64,000 nucleotides of DNA, taken from NCBI GenBank assembly GCA_965237715.1, contig CBDEGM010000002.1:565836-629835 (forward strand). Direction: 5' to 3'. The notes beneath the pieces are model-generated. The model worked only from the letters and a program-made list of their open reading frames with translations, did not search any database and was not told the DNA's origin. The position numbers were made by a program, and so were the translations under genes. Source of the DNA: Acidobacteriota bacterium. Lineage in GTDB: Bacteria > Acidobacteriota > UBA6911 > RPQK01 > CBDEGM01. Shown one piece after another: positions 21,852 through 32,150 of this stretch. How positions within the stretch are numbered: position 1 is the first letter of the stretch; every line of letters starts with the position of its first letter.

Positions 21852-23210
21852 TCAGGCGTGCTGTCTGACCAGCTTCTCCTGAAGGTCCAGTAAACCTTGA
21901 CTGTATCGCACGGGGTATTCTTCTCTGCTGTGTAAGTGTTTCAGCGATGTGGGAAGCTGGGAAAGTTGCTGTTGGGCCCGCTCTCTGATCTGAAGAAGAT
22001 TTGGTGGCTCCATTATCAGCCGGCCTTTCTCAATGTACTTTTGGAGGAGAGGCTTCCCTGGGTGGACTTCATCCCATTTGCTGATGACATCTCCCGCCAA
22101 CTCACCGTTCTCGATTTGACGAAACACCTGTTTACGATGGGGGAAGCTGATCTTTCCCTCGCTCGCCTTGATGCACGGCTGGACTCTCCCGTTTCGAATT
22201 GTCTCCACCAGCTTGTACACCAAATCACAGGTAGGGGCATCAGTCGACACGACTAAATCGGTTCCGACGCCGTAGGCATCGATGGGCGCGGCGGCGAGGA
22301 CAAGAGAGCGAATCCTTTCTTCATCCAGATTCCCACTGGCCAGGATTTGGACCTCTTTCCTGCCCGCCCTGTCCAGCAAATCCCGAGTTTTAAAGGCGAG
22401 CTGTACCAGGTCACCGCTGTCCAGGCGCACGGCCCGAATTTTCCCCTTCATGCGAAGAGCCTTTTTAACGCCTTCCAAAGGGTTGTACGTGTCCACGAGT
22501 AGAATGTTGTTCGCCGGGAAGACTCTCTGGAAATGCTGGAAAGCCTCCAGATCGTCGCCAAAGAACTGGATGTAGGAATGAGCCATAGTTCCGTAAACTG
22601 GGATGCCCATTTCGTATCCCGCCAAGACATTGCTGGTCCCGTCGCACCCTCCGATGAAGGACGCTCGGGCGGCCAGCAGGCCAGCCTGAATGCCGTGGGC
22701 GCGGCGAGTGCCGAAGTCGACGATGTGTTTGTCCCCTCCCGCCAGGTGGAGGCGAGCCGCCTTGGAGGCGACCATGCTTTGGAAGTTAATCGTATTGATG
22801 AGAAAGGTTTCAAGAATCTGCGCCTCAATCACCGGGCCACTTACCTGGACGATCGGCTCCTTGGCGAAAACGATTGTGCCCTCTGGAAGGGCGTAGACAT
22901 CCCCGCTGAAGCGGAAGCCTTTCAGATAATCGAAGAAGGCGTCATCGACGTGGCGGAAGGTTTCCTGCGCGCGCAGGTACTTGAGCGACTCTTCAGAAAA
23001 ATGGATGTTTTGAATGTAGTGTAGAGCCTGTTCCAGACCTGCAGCAAAGAGGAAACCTCTCGATTTGGGTAAGGTCCGGGTGAAAAGTTCGAAGGTGGCC
23101 CCGTCTTCTTTGACGCTGGCTTCGAAGTAGGCGGCGGCCATGGTCAACTCGTAAAGATCCGTGTTGATTCCGAGGGTGTCCTCAGTCGGGAAAAGGGGAT
23201 TCAATCTCAT
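21852..23210 (-). CDS. pncB: Nicotinate phosphoribosyltransferase
   Basis: TDLYELTM, DFGTRRAHG, GTMAHS, LVDTYN, VRLDSGD. Confidence 0.95.
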   Translation of the reverse strand: MRLNPLFPTEDTLGINTDLYELTMAAAYFEASVKEDGATFELFTRTLPKSRGFLFAAGLEQALHYIQNIHFSEESLKYLRAQETFRHVDDAFFDYLKGFRFSGDVYALPEGTIVFAKEPIVQVSGPVIEAQILETFLINTINFQSMVASKAARLHLAGGDKHIVDFGTRRAHGIQAGLLAARASFIGGCDGTSNVLAGYEMGIPVYGTMAHSYIQFFGDDLEAFQHFQRVFPANNILLVDTYNPLEGVKKALRMKGKIRAVRLDSGDLVQLAFKTRDLLDRAGRKEVQILASGNLDEERIRSLVLAAAPIDAYGVGTDLVVSTDAPTCDLVYKLVETIRNGRVQPCIKASEGKISFPHRKQVFRQIENGELAGDVISKWDEVHPGKPLLQKYIEKGRLIMEPPNLLQIRERAQQQLSQLPTSLKHLHSREEYPVRYSQGLLDLQEKLVRQHA

Positions 23211-24505
23211 GGTGAGCCGAAAACGCGATCGAATACGAGTTCCACATGCCTCAGCTTGCAGTCGAGGTCAAAGATTTTCCGGATCTCCTTCTTAGACAGG
23301 CGGCCCTGAATGTCCACGTCTTTCGAAACCAGGGTCCGGAAGTCCGCCTTCTCTTCCCAGACCTTTTTGGCGTTGCGCTGTATCCACTGGTAGGCCTGTT
23401 CGCGCAGCGTTCCCTTCCGTACTAACTCCAACAACAGTGTCCCCGAAAAAATCATGCCTCCCATGGACTCCAGGTTTTTCTTCATGCGGGCCTCGTCCAC
23501 CACCACGTTCCCGATGATGCGGTTCAGCTGAATCGTTAGGTAGTGAACCAAAGTCGTGCTGTCGGGAACGATGATGCGTTCGGCGGAAGAATGGGAGATG
23601 TCGCGCTCATGCCAGAGGGGCATATTCTCAAGCGCAACCAATGCGTTGGCTCGCAGGATGCGCGCCAGCCCGCTGATCTGCTCGCAGCTGACCGGATTGC
23701 GCTTGTGGGGCATCGCGGAACTACCCTTTTGTCCTGAGCCAAAGGGTTCCTGGGCTTCTTGAACTTCGGTGCGCTGGAGATGCCGAATCTCAGTGGCCAT
23801 CTTGTCATAGCTCGACCCCACGATCGCCAGCACGCATAGGTAGCCCGCATGCCGGTCCCGCTGCAGTGTCTGCGTTGAGGCACGGGCAAAGCCTATCCCC
23901 AACTTTGTGCACACCTTTTCTTCCAGCTCTGGAGAGAGGTAGGAGAAGGCACCCACGGGGCCGCTGATTTTTCCCACTTCCAAGTCGCGGCGAGCTAGGC
24001 GAAAACGCTCCAGATTGCGCCCCATCTCCGAGTACCAGACGGCGAGTTTCAAGCCAAAGGTGATTGGTTCGGCGTGCACCCCGTGCGTGCGCCCGATCAT
24101 GGGAGTGTCCTTATAGCGAAACGCTTTCTCCCTTAGCGTGGACAGAAAAGAAGTCAGTTCGGTTTCTATGAGGTCCGAAGCGTCCTTGATCTGAAGAGCT
24201 TGAGCCGTGTCCACCACATCGGTTGAAGTCAGCCCCAGGTGGATAAAGCGAGACTCCGGTCCGATTTTCTCGGCAACTGCTGTGGTAAAGGCAACCACGT
24301 CATGACGGGTGACTTTCTCAATCTCCGCGATTCTTTCCAAAGAGAAGTCTGCCTTGTCCCTGATTGTGCTCACCGCTTCAGCCGGTATTTCCCCGAGATC
24401 TGCCAGTGCTTCGCATACGGCAATCTCCACTTCGAGCCATTTCCGGAACTTGTTGTCATCGCACCAGACGCGGCTCATTTCCGGTCGGCTGTAGCGGGCA
24501 ATCAT
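23207..24505 (-). CDS. purB: Adenylosuccinate lyase
   Basis: HLGLTSTD, GRTHGVHAEP, GSSAMPHKRNP. Confidence 0.97.
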   Translation of the reverse strand: MIARYSRPEMSRVWCDDNKFRKWLEVEIAVCEALADLGEIPAEAVSTIRDKADFSLERIAEIEKVTRHDVVAFTTAVAEKIGPESRFIHLGLTSTDVVDTAQALQIKDASDLIETELTSFLSTLREKAFRYKDTPMIGRTHGVHAEPITFGLKLAVWYSEMGRNLERFRLARRDLEVGKISGPVGAFSYLSPELEEKVCTKLGIGFARASTQTLQRDRHAGYLCVLAIVGSSYDKMATEIRHLQRTEVQEAQEPFGSGQKGSSAMPHKRNPVSCEQISGLARILRANALVALENMPLWHERDISHSSAERIIVPDSTTLVHYLTIQLNRIIGNVVVDEARMKKNLESMGGMIFSGTLLLELVRKGTLREQAYQWIQRNAKKVWEEKADFRTLVSKDVDIQGRLSKKEIRKIFDLDCKLRHVELVFDRVFGSP

Positions 24506-25278
24506 AGCTCTAAAACTATGGAAGGTTTACTCTGGTGGGTCAAGTGAAGTTTCCACGGCTTTCTGCGTGTTCGGCAGGCGAGCGCGCGCGAAGCAGCCTG
24601 CAAGGCGATCCGAGGGTGGTTGTTGCGCTGACTGAGATGGGCCAGAAAGATGTCGGTGGCCTGACCGTCGAAGTGATGGCTGAGAAATCGGGCGAGCTCC
24701 TTGTTGGAAAGGTGCCCGGTGTGGCCCAAAAGGCGCTGCTTCAAGAGCCAGGGATAGGGCCCGATCTTGACCATGTCTTCATCATGGTTGGACTCCAGAA
24801 TGAGCCAGTCACATCCATTGAGACTGTTCACCACCGAGTCGCCGACTTCTCCAAGATCAGTAGCCAGAGCCCCGCAGGATCCTTGTGTTAGGAAACGAAA
24901 ACCGACCGGATCGGCTGCGTCATGAGAGATTGCAAAGGGTTCGATGTGAAGATCACCGATCGCAAAAGGTGAGTCGGTGACGAAGGTTTCCCATCTCGAA
25001 ATCGACTGGAGTTCTGGAACCTCGTTTCGTGTCCCTTCGTTCATGTAGACCGGAACGTCCTGTTCACTCACAAAGGCCAGCACGCCTCTGATGTGATCGG
25101 TATGTCCGTGTGTGAGCAGCACCGCGTCGACTCTTTGATGTGAGAGGCCGGCTTGTTGAAGGCGGGCCTTGAGGTTGCGTTTTCCGAAGCCTACGTCGAT
25201 CAGGACGCAGGCCCGGCTGGTGGCTACGACGGTACAGTTCCCCTCGCTGCCACTGCCTAAAATACAAACGCGAAACAC
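24502..25278 (-). CDS. MBL-fold metallo-hydrolase (YycJ/WalJ-like)
   Basis: LGSGSEGN, THGHTDH, SHDAADP, ESNHD, HLSQRNN. Confidence 0.88.
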   Translation of the reverse strand: MFRVCILGSGSEGNCTVVATSRACVLIDVGFGKRNLKARLQQAGLSHQRVDAVLLTHGHTDHIRGVLAFVSEQDVPVYMNEGTRNEVPELQSISRWETFVTDSPFAIGDLHIEPFAISHDAADPVGFRFLTQGSCGALATDLGEVGDSVVNSLNGCDWLILESNHDEDMVKIGPYPWLLKQRLLGHTGHLSNKELARFLSHHFDGQATDIFLAHLSQRNNHPRIALQAASRALACRTRRKPWKLHLTHQSKPSIVLEL

Positions 25279-25508
25279 CCGTACCCTCCTAGTACGAAGC
25301 AGAGTGGACTTGCGGCGCCCTCCTTGCCCTTGTTGTAGAATGTACCATTTAGGGGTGAAAAAGAAGACCCGAAAAACAGAGCCCTCAGGGAGCGTTGGGC
25401 AGACAGCCGCTCCTTCTCAGTTGCAGCTCGGCTTCAACCTCGGGAGCTCTTCTGTAACCGGCTGGTAAAGTTTTTTTGGGTGACGGCATGTTTTCCTGCA
25501 AGACTTGA

Positions 25509-26845
25509 ATGGCCCGATCGGAAAAGAAATTTTTCATATCCACCTTTGGTTGCCGTACCAATCAAGCGGACAGTGCCGCAATCCGGGAGGATTTTGTCAA
25601 CGGCCGGTACCAGGAAACGCGGCGGTAGTCGGAGGCGGATGTCATTGTTGTGAACTCATGCACGGTAACGCACCGTTCCGATCAGCAAGTCCGCCAGTTG
25701 ACCCGGCGACTCAGGCGTGAAAACCCCCGGGCTCGAATTGTTCTCACAGGATGCTATGCGCAACGAGATCCTGAAGCTCTGGCAAGCTTGCTTGCCGTTG
25801 ATCTGGTCGTAGGCAACAGCAGGAAAAAGGACATTTTTGACCTTGTCGGCGCGCAAAACTCAGGTTCAGCTGCAAGAGTGGACTTGCCCGGAGTGCGGGA
25901 GCTGACGGCCATTTATGGAATGATTTCAGCAAAACTCGTAGTATGGATCCCACACCCGCCACAGAGCTGGGAGGGAAAACCAGACCTTTCGTCAAGATCC
26001 AGGATGGATGTGACGCCAAGTGCGCCTATTGCATCATCCCTTTGGCCCGAGGACCCAGTCGCAGTGTCCCCGCTGAGAAGCTTCTGACGCAAGTACGTGA
26101 TTTGGTTGCTCGCGGTTTTAAAGAAGTGGTGCTGACCGGTATCCATATCGGCACCTACGGAATGCATTCTCGACCCCGTTTCCCGCTGCATCGGTTGGTG
26201 GAAGAAATCATCCGTGTGACGGGTCTCGAACGCCTTCGAATCAGCTCCATTGAGCCCATGGAGCTCTCAGGACGGATTATTGATCTGGCGTCTCAGAGCG
26301 ACAAGATCGCCCCGCACTTCCATATTTGTTTGCAGAGTGGAAGCGACCGGCTCTTGAAAAGGATGCTGAGACCTTACAATACGAGTCGTTTTGCCGGTAT
26401 TGTGGAACGAATCCGGGAGCGAATCCCCCATGCAGGTATTGGCACCGACGTAATCGTGGGTTTCCCGGGAGAGACCGAAGAAGATCACCTCAAGACGCTG
26501 GACTTTGTGCAGCAAATGCCTTTTACCTATCTTCATGTGTTTCCCTACAGTGATCGCAGTGGAACAGGGGCCGCACAGATGGAAGAAAAGGTGGATGCTG
26601 AGGTAATCAGACGGCGCAGCAGGCAGGTACGACGCCTTTGTGAGCAAAAGAGCCGCTCTTTCCGCAGATCGTTTCTGGGACGAACCCTTTCTGTGCTCAC
26701 CTTGAGTGACGAAGAAAAAGGAATGCGGGCTGCCGTGTCGGGGAACTATGTGAAAACCAGGGTCCACAGCTCGGTTCCACCGAATCGAATTGTGGAGGGC
26801 GAAGTTGTGGCGGAAGATGGGGACAGTGTGGTGTTAAGGTGCTAA
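25509..26845 (+). pseudogene. mtaB: tRNA t6A37 methylthiotransferase MtaB (in-frame TAG at 25626-25628 and a frameshift near 25940)
   Basis: TFGCRTNQADS, VNSCTVT, TGCYAQ, radical SAM KIQDGCDAKCAYC, C-terminal TRAM-like region; the lesions may be read errors. Confidence 0.8.
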
Positions 26846-26901
26846 TTGCCGCACTGAGCGGCTTCTACCTTCCTCCATCCCACAAGGTAGGAGCAGCCTT
26901 A

Positions 26902-27117
26902 GCCTGCATTTCTCATCACCCCTCTACTGCATCGGCGTCGCCTTCACCTGAGCGAAGTGAAGAAATGATCCGTCCTGACTGCGTTGCGCTTCTTCGGCCT
27001 CCTCGACGTACTGCACGAGTACGCCTGCGGGGGGCCTCGGTCGCGCGCCTTGTCAGACCGGCCCTTCCGCCGCTTGACACGAGTGTCTTCGTGACGAGCA
27101 GTGATGAGAAATGCAGC
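26902..27117 (+). mobile_element. MITE (about 215 bp), intact copy
   Basis: TIRs CTGCATTTCTCATCAC / GTGATGAGAAATGCAG; near-identical inverted copy at 37901-37965 plus 39654-39827. Confidence 0.88.
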
Positions 27118-27139
27118 CTTAGCGCCGCGAACGACCCGC

Positions 27140-27514
27140 CTAGTTCTCCAGAATCACTACTGCCACAGCGTATTCCTGAGCGTGAGTAATGGAGAGTTGT
27201 GCCCGTCGCGACCCCGATTCCTGGAAGATCTTTTTTGCCTTGCCATGAAAAGTCAGTTGGGGTTTTCCCAGCTCATTGGAGCTGACTTCGACGTCCTTCC
27301 AGGCGATTCCCCGCTGCCAGCCCGTTCCCAAGGCTTTCAGTGCCGCTTCCTTCGCTGCAAAGCGGCCGGCAAAGTGCTGGAACCGATTCTTGCGGCCTAA
27401 GCAGTAGCGAATTTCTCCAGCAGTGAAGACTCGATTCACCATCCTGTTGGCATTTTTCAGGGCGGAGCGGATCCGTCCCACCTCGACGATGTCGACTCCC
27501 AAACCAAGAATCAT
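27140..27514 (-). CDS. acpS: Holo-ACP synthase
   Basis: GLGVDIVE, AGRFAAKEAALKALGTG, LSITH. Confidence 0.96.
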   Translation of the reverse strand: MILGLGVDIVEVGRIRSALKNANRMVNRVFTAGEIRYCLGRKNRFQHFAGRFAAKEAALKALGTGWQRGIAWKDVEVSSNELGKPQLTFHGKAKKIFQESGSRRAQLSITHAQEYAVAVVILEN

Positions 27515-27664
27515 GTCGTGACGGCCTGTTTGCTCAGAACGCATCGTTGTGGACTTCGCCGCTGTGGTAACCTCTGACTGCGATGTTTCTTGAAAGGCAT
27601 GCAGGTGAGAGTAGCTCTTTGTCTTCCCTGAGCTTGAGAAATCCCGGGTCTGGCTCACGCGTTT

Positions 27665-28177
27665 CTAAATCTCGATTTTCTCAATCGCCTGGCGCATCTT
27701 TCTCCGGTGTTCTTTCAGCCTTCTCCGTAATGCAGGATCACTCCGGCTTAGGATCTGGATGGCCAGAAGAGCCGCATTCCTGGCTCCGGCTTTGCCGATG
27801 GCCATTGTGGCAACCGGGATCCCGGAGGGCATCTGAACTGTGGCCAGCAGTGCGTCCAACCCGTTTAAGGAAGAAGAGCCTATGGGCACACCGATGATGG
27901 GCAGGATCGTATTCGCGGCCAACACCCCGGCCAGGTGAGCTGCGGCTCCGGCTCCCGCAATAACTACCTGAAGTCCGCGCTTTTCGGCCTCCACAGCGTA
28001 TTCGGAAGTCCTCTTTGGGGTGCGGTGAGCGGAGAGAACCCGCATCTCATGAGGAACAGCGAATTCCTCGAGGATCCGGGTAGCCTCAGCCATAACTTCG
28101 AGGTCTGACTTGCTACCCATCAGAATGGCTATTTTCGGGCTGACCGCGGATCTTTTTCGCCCCTTCTGCTGTTTCAT
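27665..28177 (-). CDS. purE: N5-CAIR mutase
   Basis: ILMGSKSD, SAHRTP, AGAGAAAHL, QMPSGIPVAT. Confidence 0.97.
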   Translation of the reverse strand: MKQQKGRKRSAVSPKIAILMGSKSDLEVMAEATRILEEFAVPHEMRVLSAHRTPKRTSEYAVEAEKRGLQVVIAGAGAAAHLAGVLAANTILPIIGVPIGSSSLNGLDALLATVQMPSGIPVATMAIGKAGARNAALLAIQILSRSDPALRRRLKEHRRKMRQAIEKIEI

Positions 28178-29451
28178 TTGCGTAATCCTTTGGCGGCGAT
28201 GTCTCGCCGATAATACATTCCGTCAAAGTGGATTTTGTTGACGCCTTCGTAGGCCTGTACGATTGCCGCGTCCAGCGATGCACTCAGGGCGGAGACTCCG
28301 AGCACCCGACCCCCGCTGCTGACAATCCTCTCGTTGTTGAGCGTCGTTCCGGCATGAAACACCAGTGTATCGTCTACCTCATTGGCCATTTCCAGTCCCG
28401 TGATCTCTTTGCCCTTCTCGTAAGAGCCGGGGTAGCCACCGGAGGCAAGAACAACACAGACGGCAGCCTTGTTGTTCCATTCTATGTCGATGTCCTGAAG
28501 ACTTCCCGCGGCTACGGCACTGAGAATGCGCAAAAGATCGCTTTCCATTCGGGGCAGCACTACTTGGGTTTCGGGGTCGCCAAAGCGGACGTTAAACTCC
28601 AGCACGCGGGGCCCCTTCGGAGTCAGCATTAATCCGGCATACAGGATGCCCCGATACTCCCTCCCCTCCTGAGCCATGGCGCGGATCGTAGGATGAATGA
28701 TCTCTTTGATGACTCTCTCTCGTAAGGAATCTGAGAGAAGGGTGCCCGTCGAATAGGCACCCATTCCACCTGTGTTCGGTCCGCAGTCTCCTTCAGAGAT
28801 TGCCTTATGGTCTTGGGAGGGGACCATGGGAAGCAAATGGGTACCGTCAGAGAATACCATGAAGGAGGCCTCTTCGCCTTCCAGAAAATCTTCGATTACG
28901 AGCACCTTTCCTGCCTCGCCCAGTTTCTTCTCACGCATCACCCCATCAACAATGTGTAAGCTCTCCTGTAGATTGTGACAGATAAAGACACCCTTGCCGG
29001 CTGCCAGTCCATCCGCTTTCAGAACTACCGGGAAAGCAAATGCGTCACTTCTCAGTGTTGCCTCGGCCTCATCGGCCCGATGGAAGACTTTGTGGTCTGC
29101 TGTAGGGATGCCGTATTTCTCCAGAAAGTGTTTGGCAAAGGCTTTGCTTCCCTCCAAAAGGGCTGCTTTACGGGAGGGACCCACAATAGGGTGCCCTGTC
29201 TCCTGGAAGCGATTGACAATTCCAGCCACCAGGGGAGCTTCCGGTCCTACTACGGTGAGGTCGACTTGGTTGCTGCGGGCGAATTGGCAGAGGCCTTCAA
29301 CATCCTCCGCGGAGATCGGGACATTTTGGGCGGTCTGAGCGGTTCCCGCGTTACCGGGAGCGCAGTAGAGCTGGTCTAGTTTTGAACTCTGGGCTAGCTT
29401 CCATATGATGGCATGTTCTCTGCCCCCGGACCCGATGACCAAGACTTTCAC
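28174..29451 (-). CDS. purD: Phosphoribosylamine--glycine ligase
   Basis: GSGGREHA, KADGLAAGKGV, GPNTGGMG, RFGDPETQ. Confidence 0.97.
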   Translation of the reverse strand: MKVLVIGSGGREHAIIWKLAQSSKLDQLYCAPGNAGTAQTAQNVPISAEDVEGLCQFARSNQVDLTVVGPEAPLVAGIVNRFQETGHPIVGPSRKAALLEGSKAFAKHFLEKYGIPTADHKVFHRADEAEATLRSDAFAFPVVLKADGLAAGKGVFICHNLQESLHIVDGVMREKKLGEAGKVLVIEDFLEGEEASFMVFSDGTHLLPMVPSQDHKAISEGDCGPNTGGMGAYSTGTLLSDSLRERVIKEIIHPTIRAMAQEGREYRGILYAGLMLTPKGPRVLEFNVRFGDPETQVVLPRMESDLLRILSAVAAGSLQDIDIEWNNKAAVCVVLASGGYPGSYEKGKEITGLEMANEVDDTLVFHAGTTLNNERIVSSGGRVLGVSALSASLDAAIVQAYEGVNKIHFDGMYYRRDIAAKGLRK

Positions 29452-29492
29452 GGCGTTAACGCACTCGTAGGGTAACGGTAAGTGTAGCAACC

Positions 29493-29804
29493 TTACTTAG
29501 AGGTGCTGTTCTTCGCTTTGCCCTTGGCAGAGGCATCTTTGGCGGGGGCACTGGAGTCGGCTTTGTTCTCCTTTTCCTTTGAGGATGGAGCATCATCTCC
29601 GGAGGCAGTGTGGCCGCTACCGTTCTTGCGCCCGTAATCACTGACATACCAGCCTGACCCCTTGAACTGTATGGAGGGAGCGGAGAGCAGGCGTTGTAAT
29701 TCTCCCCCGCAATCGGTGCATTGGGTCAAGGGAGCGTCGGAAAACTTCTGGATGACTTCCAGCGTATTTCCACATTCTTGGCACCGATACTCATAAAGAG
29801 GCAT
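29493..29804 (-). CDS. FmdB-family zinc-ribbon protein
   Basis: MPLYEYRCQEC...CTDCGG...FKGSGWY with a low-complexity tail. Confidence 0.9.
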   Translation of the reverse strand: MPLYEYRCQECGNTLEVIQKFSDAPLTQCTDCGGELQRLLSAPSIQFKGSGWYVSDYGRKNGSGHTASGDDAPSSKEKENKADSSAPAKDASAKGKAKNSTSK

Positions 29805-29923
29805 GAAGGACCTTCGGTAGATTCTCGTTCAAAATATAAGGTGCGGGCCGGTCATTGTCAAGGCGGGCACCCGATGACCGAAGGGTAAATCCGTGTTATT
29901 ATTGCCTTTTTCAGGAGGGGTGG

Positions 29924-30805
29924 ATGAAGTCTGTCCGAAAGGCGGTGATTCCCGTAGCGGGGAGGGGAACCCGTTTTCTTCCTGCTACCAAGACCATTCC
30001 CAAGGAGATGTTACCGATTGTTGATAAGCCGGTAATACAGTACGTGGTGGAGGAAGCGGTTCAATCGGGATTCGAGAATATCATTTTTGTCACCGGCCAG
30101 GGAAAGAATGCTATAGAAGACCACTTTGATCGTGATTACCAACTGGAAGAGGTGCTTAAGGGTCAAGAGGGAAAGAAAGGGCTATGGGAAATTGTCTCCG
30201 ATCTTTCACGAATCATTCGAATTTGCTCTGTTCGCCAGAAGAAACCACTGGGATTGGGCCATGCCGTTCTGGAGACCGAGCCCTTCATTGGAAATGAGCC
30301 TTTTGGGGTCTTTCTTGGTGACGATATCATTGACCATGAAACTCCCTGCATGAAGCAGCTCCTTGAGGTTCACAATAGCTATCAGGCTAGTGTCGTGGCT
30401 GTGCAGCAGGTGGCGCCCAACAACATTTCCCGCTACGGGGTTATCGCCGCCGAACCCCTGGATGGGGGTGGGGAAGGCCGTCTCTTCAGAATCAATGACA
30501 TGGTGGAAAAACCTTTACCGGAAGCGGCCCCTTCCGACCTGGCGGTGATCGGCCGCTACGTCCTGACTCCCCGAATTTTCGAAGTATTGGAAGCCACTCA
30601 GCCCGGTGCTGGAGGTGAGATCCAGCTCACCGACGGCATACGCGGCTTGCTTAAGCATGAGGCGGTTTATGCTTACCGCTTCAAAGGCCACCGATACGAT
30701 GCTGGAGACAAGTTGGAATATTTGATTGCTACAGTTGATCTTGCCTTGCGCCGTCCGGACCTGGGGAAGCGGTTTCGGGAGTATTTAAAAACACTGGAGC
30801 TGTAG
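29924..30805 (+). CDS. galU: UTP--glucose-1-phosphate uridylyltransferase
   Basis: KAVIPVAGRGTRFLPATK, LGLGHAV, VEKP, GEIQLTD. Confidence 0.96.
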   Translation: MKSVRKAVIPVAGRGTRFLPATKTIPKEMLPIVDKPVIQYVVEEAVQSGFENIIFVTGQGKNAIEDHFDRDYQLEEVLKGQEGKKGLWEIVSDLSRIIRICSVRQKKPLGLGHAVLETEPFIGNEPFGVFLGDDIIDHETPCMKQLLEVHNSYQASVVAVQQVAPNNISRYGVIAAEPLDGGGEGRLFRINDMVEKPLPEAAPSDLAVIGRYVLTPRIFEVLEATQPGAGGEIQLTDGIRGLLKHEAVYAYRFKGHRYDAGDKLEYLIATVDLALRRPDLGKRFREYLKTLEL

Positions 30806-30820
30806 AAGGGACGAACGGCC

Positions 30821-30860
30821 CTAGTGTCTGGGACAGGACACTAGTACTCCCTTTCATAAA
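30821..30860. repeat. Collapsed CTAG-anchored palindrome abutting a half-copy of the 18688 palindrome
   Basis: CTAGTGTCTGGGACAGGACACTAG (30821-30844) then AGTACTCCCTTTCATAAA (30843-30860). Confidence 0.7.
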
Positions 30861-30871
30861 GACGGTAACGT

Positions 30872-32149
30872 ATGCTAGAGAGGGCTTTCATTCGAGAGAA
30901 CCTTGACCTGGTCGAGAAGAGCCTGAAGGGGAAAGACTTTGCCTTCGACCGGGAGCGTTTCCTGAAGCTCGATGAGCAGGAAAGGGGAGTACGCGGTGAG
31001 TGGGAAGAGCTCCGAGCACTGCGCAACCGAGCTAACGATGAGATCACGCGGCTCAGGAAGGAAGGTCGAGAGGCGGCGGCAGAAATCGAAGAGATGAAAC
31101 GGGTCTCAGCCCGCATTAAGACACTGAACGGGGAAATCGTGGAGCGGGAATCACGGATGAGAGATTTCCTTGCCACAGTTCCCAATCTTCCCCATGAGAG
31201 CGTGCCCCCGGGCGTCGATCCTTCCTTTAACGTGGTCATCAGAGAGATCGGGACTCCTCCCCGCTTCGATTTCTCCTACAAAGATCATGTGGATCTCGGT
31301 GTCAGTCTTGGCATTTTGGATCTGGAGCGGGCGGCGAAGATTGCCGGAGCGCGGTTTGCCAACTATTATGGGGCCGGAGCCTTGCTGGAACGAGCCCTGA
31401 TCAATTTCATGCTCGATGTTCACACACGCGAGCACAAATATCAGGAGATCCTCCCCCCCTTTTTGGCCAATCGCACCAGCTTCTTTGGGACGGGAAACCT
31501 TCCCAAGTTTGAAGCAGACCTGTTTCGGGTGCAGGGCACGGAATACTTCCTGGTGCCCACTGCAGAAGTACCCGTCACCAATCTTTTCGCGGGCGAGATA
31601 CTGGAGCGGGAGAAGCTTCCTATCAGTTTCGCTGCCTACACTCCCTGCTTCCGCAGCGAAGCGGGTTCCTATGGGAAGGATACACGAGGACTGGTTCGTC
31701 AACACCAGTTCAACAAGGTGGAGCTTGTGAAGTTCTCCACTCCGGAGGATTCCTACCAGCAGCTTGAGCTATTAACGCGGCACGCCGAGGAGATCCTCCG
31801 CCGTCTGGAGCTCCCCTATCGGGTGGTCACACTCTGCGGCGGCGACATCGGCTTTTCGGCAGCCAAGACCTATGATCTCGAGGTTTGGGTTCCCAGTCAG
31901 AATACCTTTCGCGAGATTTCCTCCTGCAGCAATTTTGAAGACTTTCAGGCACGCCGCGCCAATATTCGCTGCAAGCCGGCCACCGGAAAGGGAACCCATT
32001 TTGTGCACACGCTCAATGGCTCCGGGCTGGCTGTAGGACGCACCTGGGTAGCGATTGTGGAGAACTTCCAGAAGGCGGATGGCAGCGTGAGCATTCCAAA
32101 AGTGTTGTGGCCCTATTTGAACGGCATGGAACGCATAACGAGTGAGTGA
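30872..32149 (+). CDS. serS: Serine--tRNA ligase
   Basis: [38 protein letters not shown]. Confidence 0.98.
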   Translation: MLERAFIRENLDLVEKSLKGKDFAFDRERFLKLDEQERGVRGEWEELRALRNRANDEITRLRKEGREAAAEIEEMKRVSARIKTLNGEIVERESRMRDFLATVPNLPHESVPPGVDPSFNVVIREIGTPPRFDFSYKDHVDLGVSLGILDLERAAKIAGARFANYYGAGALLERALINFMLDVHTREHKYQEILPPFLANRTSFFGTGNLPKFEADLFRVQGTEYFLVPTAEVPVTNLFAGEILEREKLPISFAAYTPCFRSEAGSYGKDTRGLVRQHQFNKVELVKFSTPEDSYQQLELLTRHAEEILRRLELPYRVVTLCGGDIGFSAAKTYDLEVWVPSQNTFREISSCSNFEDFQARRANIRCKPATGKGTHFVHTLNGSGLAVGRTWVAIVENFQKADGSVSIPKVLWPYLNGMERITSE

Positions 32150-32150
32150 A

